Assembly (NCBI RefSeq): GCF_039654945.1
Contig: NW_027361810.1
Location: forward strand, 9,052,001 to 9,116,000
Source: Dendrobates tinctorius
Lineage: Eukaryota
Reading direction: 5' to 3'
DNA length: 64,000 nt
The notes below the pieces were generated by a model, which saw nothing but the letters and a program-made list of their open reading frames with translations, did no database searches and was not told the origin of the DNA. Position numbers and translations under genes: made by a program. Below are positions 60,780 to 64,000 of this stretch, piece by piece (positions within the stretch are counted from its first letter, which is position 1; every line of letters begins with the position of its first letter).

Positions 60780-62183
60780 TTCCCAATAAAACATCAGTGG
60801 GCAGGTTTTCGGACACTCACACTTCCCTCACCCCGCTCCCAGCACGCCAATCAAGGAATACCCGGGCCACTGGCAAGAGACAGCGGGTACCCCCAATCCC
60901 GGTGACAGTCAGGGTTTTCCCCTCAACAAACTCTTCAGGGGCCGCCAGTCCAGGACGGATGAGGGTTCGTTCAGCCCCGGTGTCCTTGAGGCCTGAAGCA
61001 AGACGGGCCCCCACCTGGACAGGTTGAACGTTGTCGTCAATCCTCCCAACCACACCTCCCACCAAAAGAACAGAGGCGTTGGGCCCAGAAGCCTTGGCTG
61101 TGGGTTTCTTCGGCTTTTCCGGACAGGTGGAACGGAGGTGACCAGTCCGATCGCAGTTGTAACACTTGCGACTGTCAGTAATAGGCCTGGCGTTGGTATC
61201 TGGGCCAGGGCCTCCGGAGTGACGGCTAGCTGGGGCACTGGGGTTGGTTGCAGGCTTTCCAGCTGGTGGTGAATGGCCTCCGCGTCTCTGGCTTCCGGTT
61301 GGCCTCGTAGTTGTCGGCGATCTGAGCCGCTTTGTCAGCTTTCGTTGGTTCGCGGTCCAGGATGAACTGTCGGACCTCAGCTGGGCAGAGATGCAGGAAC
61401 TGGTCTTTGATCATCAGGTCCCGTAGCTGCTTAAAGGAATCAGTCCTTGCACCACATCACTATAGCTATCGTGTGGGCCACGTTGGAGGTTCCGGAACTT
61501 CTTTCAGTATACCTCAGGTGTCAGTCGGTATTTGGCGATCAGAGCCTGCTTGATGGCATCATAGTCGTCGTCTTCTGACGGCAGAGAAGCAAACGCCTCC
61601 AGAGCTTTGCCTTTTAGCCCTGGAGTCAAGTACCTGGCCCATTGGACCTTATCCAGCCGGTACTGTCGGCAGGCTTTCTCAAAGGCTCGCAGAAACGTGT
61701 CCAAGTCCCCATCCTTTTCCATCATGGGAAAATGCTCTGGCCGGGGTTTAGGAGTCTGGACGCTGCTGGGCTCACTGCTTCGGGTTGTGGGGGTGGAGCA
61801 CCTCCAGTTCATGGGCCCTCTGCGCCTCGCGCTCAGCTCGCTGCTCTGCTCTCTCCGCCTCTGCTCGGCTTGCTGCTCCTCTCTTTCCCGAGCTTGCTGG
61901 ATCAGTGTCATACGGCCCTCGCGGTCTTCGGCAGGGAGAGTGTCCAAGGCCGCTTGCAGGTAGGGGTCCAGCGTGCTCTGGTTGAATGTGGGGCCAGTGC
62001 TCAGGAGTGGAGCCTCTGCTGCAGCCCCATTGTCACTTGGGCCAACTTCTGCACCCGCTGGACTCTGGGTGTTGTCCAGCTGCACCAGAGCCACGATCAA
62101 TTGATCTCTGGTTTTGCTTGTGGCGTCAATGCATACTGCAGCAAGGTTTTCCTTTTTCTGCTGTCTGTACCAGGGTTCTCCTT
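60780..62183 (-). pseudogene. Fragmented gag (SCAN-like domain, zinc knuckle region) and aspartic protease
   Basis: DLDTFLRAFEK..W..L..G.A..A..YD.IK.AL..Y.LT.E.Y; DQFL..P.EVR.FI..REP..A..AD.Y; DTGAERTLI; several frameshifts. Confidence 0.85.
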
Positions 62184-63884
62184 TTGCCGCCATGGTTGCC
62201 AAATAAAAGATAGAAAAGAAAAACGAAGAAAAGGGAGGGAATACTTGTACGTACACAAAAATGTTTCAGGACTAGTAACCACTGAGTCTGTTCTCCAAAA
62301 CCTATGATTCAGGATTCCCGCAGGAACCTTGCAGGATTTTAGTGAGAGGAATGATTGCTCAAACCAAATCACTAATGCTCTAGGATTATCCCACCGCTGC
62401 CACCAAATATGTGAGGAACGGCGGACCGCTGTCGCCAAATTGTGACGGACAGCGGACCCTGTGCCACCAATATGTCACGATCCCACCACCGACACTGGTT
62501 TGTCAGCGGATGGAGGGACGCGACGCACTGCTGGCACACGGCTATCACAGGCACGGTGGGGGCTTATTTTAGTTATCCCATCACTAGCACCATGTGACAA
62601 AAATACAGCAAGCTAATCTTGCTCTGACAATTTACCGCAGGGGGGTATTTTGGATGCCCCACCACTGCTAACAACCTTCCAAGAACTGCGGGGATTTATG
62701 TATATCCCACTTTCTCAGTTCCACTTTGGAACTCGCAGCTCTCCGGCGCCCCCCCTTACCCTCAGGTCAGTCAGGGAACTGCCCCTAGGATAATTAGTCG
62801 CCGGACGGGCTGCTTGCTGTGCACGGGCAACTAGACTATTGCAGTAAGGGAATTATCAATGCCGTGGCCTCAACCACTCCTTCAGCAATATAAGACCCTT
62901 CTGTACTGCCAGCTAGCCTCGCCAGCCGTGCACACCACGCTGCCACAAGCTCCTGGTTTCTTCACTTAAGTTATAGACTTAATGGAGGGGTTCGAAGCCA
63001 ACCCGAACAGTAGCGTAATTATCTAAAAAAAAGGCGCATAGTTCGTTTCCTAGAGCATGGAGACAGAGCTAATAGATTTTATCATTTATTCCCAAAAGAA
63101 TGCGGGCAGTGATTACACAGATAAAAGTTGCTATAAAGTTGAGACGTTACATATGTACAAATACAAATATAAAACAAAGTAAATGAAAGAACAGAAAGTA
63201 ACACTCACATGTGCGTAGGCAGACCATGTGGCTGGGGGAGGGGCGCTTAACCAAACGTCCCCACTCATCGGCATGTCTCTCTGGCAGGAGGACTCCAGCT
63301 GAACTGACTGGAATTTGGTAGGGAATACCTATAGCCTAGGGTCGGTGACTTCACGAAATGGGTGGTCTGGTGAGGTCCAACCCCCCTTCTCTCTCAGTTA
63401 TAACTTAACTAAAAAGGTTATGATAACCATATCTTAATGGGGAAGCTCGTATGAACTCACCCATGTTTCCCAGTGTAACAAACCCAACAAGAAAACATCA
63501 AGAATGCACTAGATAGGACACTCCATTTGGGAGCAATCCATATCTCAATTTCTGGAAGTCCGAGAATCGTGAACCTTAGGGGTTTAGAAAGCTGGCTTCG
63601 TGCCCTTTACAGGAATGTGAGTATCATATCTCTGTCACAAGCGAAGTGCGCGCTAGGCTTCTTTTAATATTTCCTATACCTGTATTCAAGCTTCATGGTT
63701 TCAGAACAAAGCAATGCTTTCCCTTGCAGGGGGGAAGGCTGCGAGAGGAAATGGACGGTTTCATGTTACCGGCAAGCACAGAGCTGATAAGGAGGGGGGT
63801 TGCAGCTACATGACAGGCTTGTCTCCTCAGTGTATAGCAATGGGAGATTCTAGAAAGTTCTACAAAATCATATCTTACATTACA

Positions 63885-64000
63885 ATAAAAATAATCACAT
63901 AGATTATAACAAATACCAAGAGGAATGAGGGCCCTGCTCGCAAGCTTACAGTCTATAAGGAAAGAGGTAGACACGAAAGGTGGGTGGTAACAGTTGCCCT
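63885..64000 (-). mobile_element. L2 LINE fragment (continuation)
   Basis: ccaagaggaatgagggccctgctcgcaagcttacagtcta motif. Confidence 0.6.

Larger units (their letters stand above)
56016..63884 (-). mobile_element. Decayed Gmr1-like Ty3/Gypsy LTR retrotransposon (gag/SCAN-PR-INT-RT-RH)
   Basis: LTRs 56016-57230 and 62410-63884 (TG..CA); tRNA-Leu PBS TGGTGGCAGCGGTGGGAT; PPT at 57231-57242; integrase upstream of RT. Confidence 0.93.

Noticed and set aside
62388-62405. tRNA-Leu gene
   Set aside because: Only the 18-nt 3' end match is present; it is the primer-binding site.
47895-64000. PLCD4 truncation or pseudogenisation by the LTR insertions
   Set aside because: All 11 visible exons are intact and in phase and the insertions are intronic and antisense; the remaining exons most likely lie beyond the window.

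Overview
Vertebrate genomic DNA, most likely from a frog (inferred from the TTAA-type and TAA-type MITEs, L2, Tc1 and satellite content). It carries the conserved syntenic block USP37(-) / CNOT9(+) / PLCD4(+). The window holds the first 7 coding exons of USP37, a head-to-head CpG-rich promoter, the complete 8-exon CNOT9 CDS (299 aa) and 11 coding exons of PLCD4, which continues beyond the window. PLCD4 has a U12-type intron, a probable GC-AG intron and a 69-nt in-frame intron. Introns are full of MITEs, satellites and Tc1/Penelope/L2 fragments. The standout is a very young, pol-less LTR element (48584-53606) inside a 35-bp satellite in a PLCD4 intron. It has 675-bp near-identical LTRs, a CTAT target duplication, PBS and PPT. 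Its only long reading frame fuses a coiled-coil region to an intronless, strongly diverged FXR1 (fragile-X family) copy that keeps KH0, KH2, the NES and an RG-rich tail but lacks the Agenet domains and KH1. Next to it is a decayed Gmr1-like Gypsy element (SCAN-gag, PR, INT, RT/RH) sitting in an L2 3' end. Protein comparisons were made by eye against recalled sequences; no searches were run.
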